The notes below the pieces were generated by a model, which did not search any database, was not told the DNA's origin, and saw nothing but the letters and a program-made list of their open reading frames with translations. Positions 62,175-64,000 of a stretch of DNA of 64,000 bases are shown piece by piece; position 1 is the first letter of the stretch, and each line of letters begins with the position of its first letter. This DNA comes from Lama glama (Eukaryota): NCBI GenBank assembly GCA_028534125.1, contig CM052816.1:6698001-6762000 (forward strand), read 5' to 3'. Both the position numbers and the translations under genes were made by a program.

Positions 62175-63064
62175 GGTTGCCAAGGGGGCGGGGGGGTGGG
62201 AAGGGACAGACTGGGATTTTAAAATGCAGAATAGATAAACAAGATTATACTGTATAGCACAGGGAACTATAAACAAGATCCTGTGGTAGCTCATAGCGAA
62301 AAAAATGTGACAATGAATATATATATGTTCACATATAACTGAAAAATTGTGCTCTACACTAGAATTTGACACATTGTAAAATGACTATTACTCAATTAAA
62401 AAAATGTTTAAAAAAAGGTAGAAACTAAAAACAAAAGGAATACAGAAAAAGAAATTTCTAAGTACCTCTTCATTATCCTTCCTAAATCCAGAGAAAACAA
62501 AGTGTTTGATGCAATGATTTGACCCAGTAAGAGCCTTTACTCACATCTACCTCAATGATGCAAAGTCCAAATGCTCCACAATCCACAGAACCAAAGATCT
62601 AGGTGGGTCTTTCTTGAGACTTTTGCTTTCATTTCCCAATCCCCAAAGACACAGAGACATTTTACCTCTGCTTGACTTTTAATGACAATTATGGAAGATC
62701 ACAGTAGGAAAGAGTCTTAGATGATTAATGATGATAATTTCATAGACCAGCATTTTCTGTGTATGTGTATATATGCACACATGTGATATATGCACATACA
62801 TATATATGTATACTTTTTCTTAATGAGGAGCTGGTCTAGTGTTCTCAGCTATTTTGTTAAATAACATTTTAAAAACAAAGATTTCCATCTTTGTGTCACC
62901 TCACTTAAATTAAAGGGGGGCACATTTTGATCAAAAATTTCAGGAGTGATAGAAGATAAACTTGACTTAAGGGCAGTCTTTTCTCAGAAAGAAGAAATGA
63001 TAGAGGTATACCAACACTCTCATCCTACGCAGGCAGCCCAGCACTAGGAACCACTGCCCTAGGG

Positions 63065-63367
63065 CTCTACTGTCCTGTCGTGTAGCCACTGACCACGTGT
63101 GGCTATTGAGCACTTGAAATGTGATGGGCTGAAATGAAGATCTTCTGTAAAACACACGAGATCTCAACGATTTCAGTAAGAAAAAAATGTAAACCATCTC
63201 ATTAACAGTCCTACCATGATTGCATGCTGAAGTATTATTCTGGAAACACTGGGTTACACAAATTACTAAGAATTATTTTCACCTGTTTATTTTTACTTTT
63301 TTAATACAGCCATCAGAAAACTTACAATTACCTGAGGCACATGTTGTATTTCTGTTAGATAGTGCTG
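63065..63367. mobile_element. MER33-like hAT-Charlie element
   Basis: GTAGCCACTGACCACGTGTGGCTATTGAGCACTTGAAATGTG...TATTTCTGTTAGATAGTGCTG; 8-bp TSD CCCTAGGG/GCCTAGAG. Confidence 0.8.
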
Positions 63368-64000
63368 GCCTAGAGTAACTCTCCCATTATACAGGTGGAG
63401 AAATTCAAAGAGAGAATCTCTGTACAAAGTAAACAAAACAACAACCACAACGACAGTGAGATATGGATAACGTTGAAAGAGCACTGAGTGGAAATTACGA
63501 CACATGGGCTCCGGTTGTGGGCCCACCTCCCACCTACTGGGTGAGCTAAGTCAAGTGGTTCTTCTTCACTGGGCTTCAGATTCTTCACTGCTCAGATGAG
63601 GGAATTGGGTGGGGTGGCATCTGAGGTTTCTGCCACTCTGACCCTCTCAGCCTCCCGCCTCTGGGCAGGCCATCGCTCAGACTGCCCAGGATTGGAGGCT
63701 AATTTTCTAGCTTCACAAGAATCTCCAGGGAAGGAGCCCTGGAGAACCCCATGGCTGACACACGTCAGGGTGTCACAATATTGATGATGTTCCCTGAGAA
63801 CACAGAGGCCGCCTGCCTCCAGAGCTGAATGTGTAACTGTGTAATACGAGCAACTGCCAAGGCTAAGCCGTCAGTCTTCTTCCTCAGCACCAAGCCCTCT
63901 TTGACAGCAGAGGCTCCTTGGTAAGAAGGAAAATATTTAGTGAGCATTGACTCTGTCCCCAAGACTGAGCAAAGTTCTTTGTTATCAGCTGAATTACGTC

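Larger units (their letters stand above)
59416..62437 (+). mobile_element. Full-length lineage-specific L1 (5'UTR, ORF1, ORF2 hidden in gap, 3'UTR, tail)
   Basis: Perfect 15-bp TSD GAATACAGAAAAAGA at 59401-59415 and 62438-62452; CpG-rich 5'UTR; ORF1 homology; L1 3'UTR after the gap. Confidence 0.95.

Noticed and set aside
1..64000. Host gene identity and orientation
   Set aside because: No coding exon was recognised and L1 orientation is mixed, so neither gene nor strand can be inferred.

Overview
This is non-coding, repeat-rich DNA from a placental mammal, either intergenic or deep in an intron. I found no credible host protein-coding exon. The repeat spectrum is MIR, L2, L3/CR1, MER5/MER20/MER33/MER46C/MER113-type DNA transposons, MLT1 LTRs and many L1 copies. 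I saw no Alu, B1/B2, BovB/Bov-tA, PRE-1 or Can-SINE. Together with the style of the young L1 3' ends, this suggests a laurasiatherian, most likely a camelid (inference). The only ORFs with recognisable homology are L1 ORF1/ORF2 remnants. Three gaps of exactly 500 N all sit in or next to young L1s. The interest lies in unusual retrotransposition and repair products: (1) a TSD-flanked ~330-nt L1 whose 5'UTR joins its 3'UTR at positions matching GT and AG in unspliced copies in this same window (a spliced, ORF-less, SINE-like L1); (2) a U6 snRNA/L1 chimera; (3) an L1 with a 63-bp 3' transduction; (4) two twin-priming inversions; (5) an L1 insertion with target deletion; (6) two short local templated insertions; (7) a full-length TSD-bounded L1. 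Regulatory candidates (a recursive-splice-like site, a CLEAR E-box, enhancer-like unique sequence) are motif-level only. Repeat family names come from recalled consensus sequences, not a database search, and boundaries of old repeats are approximate.
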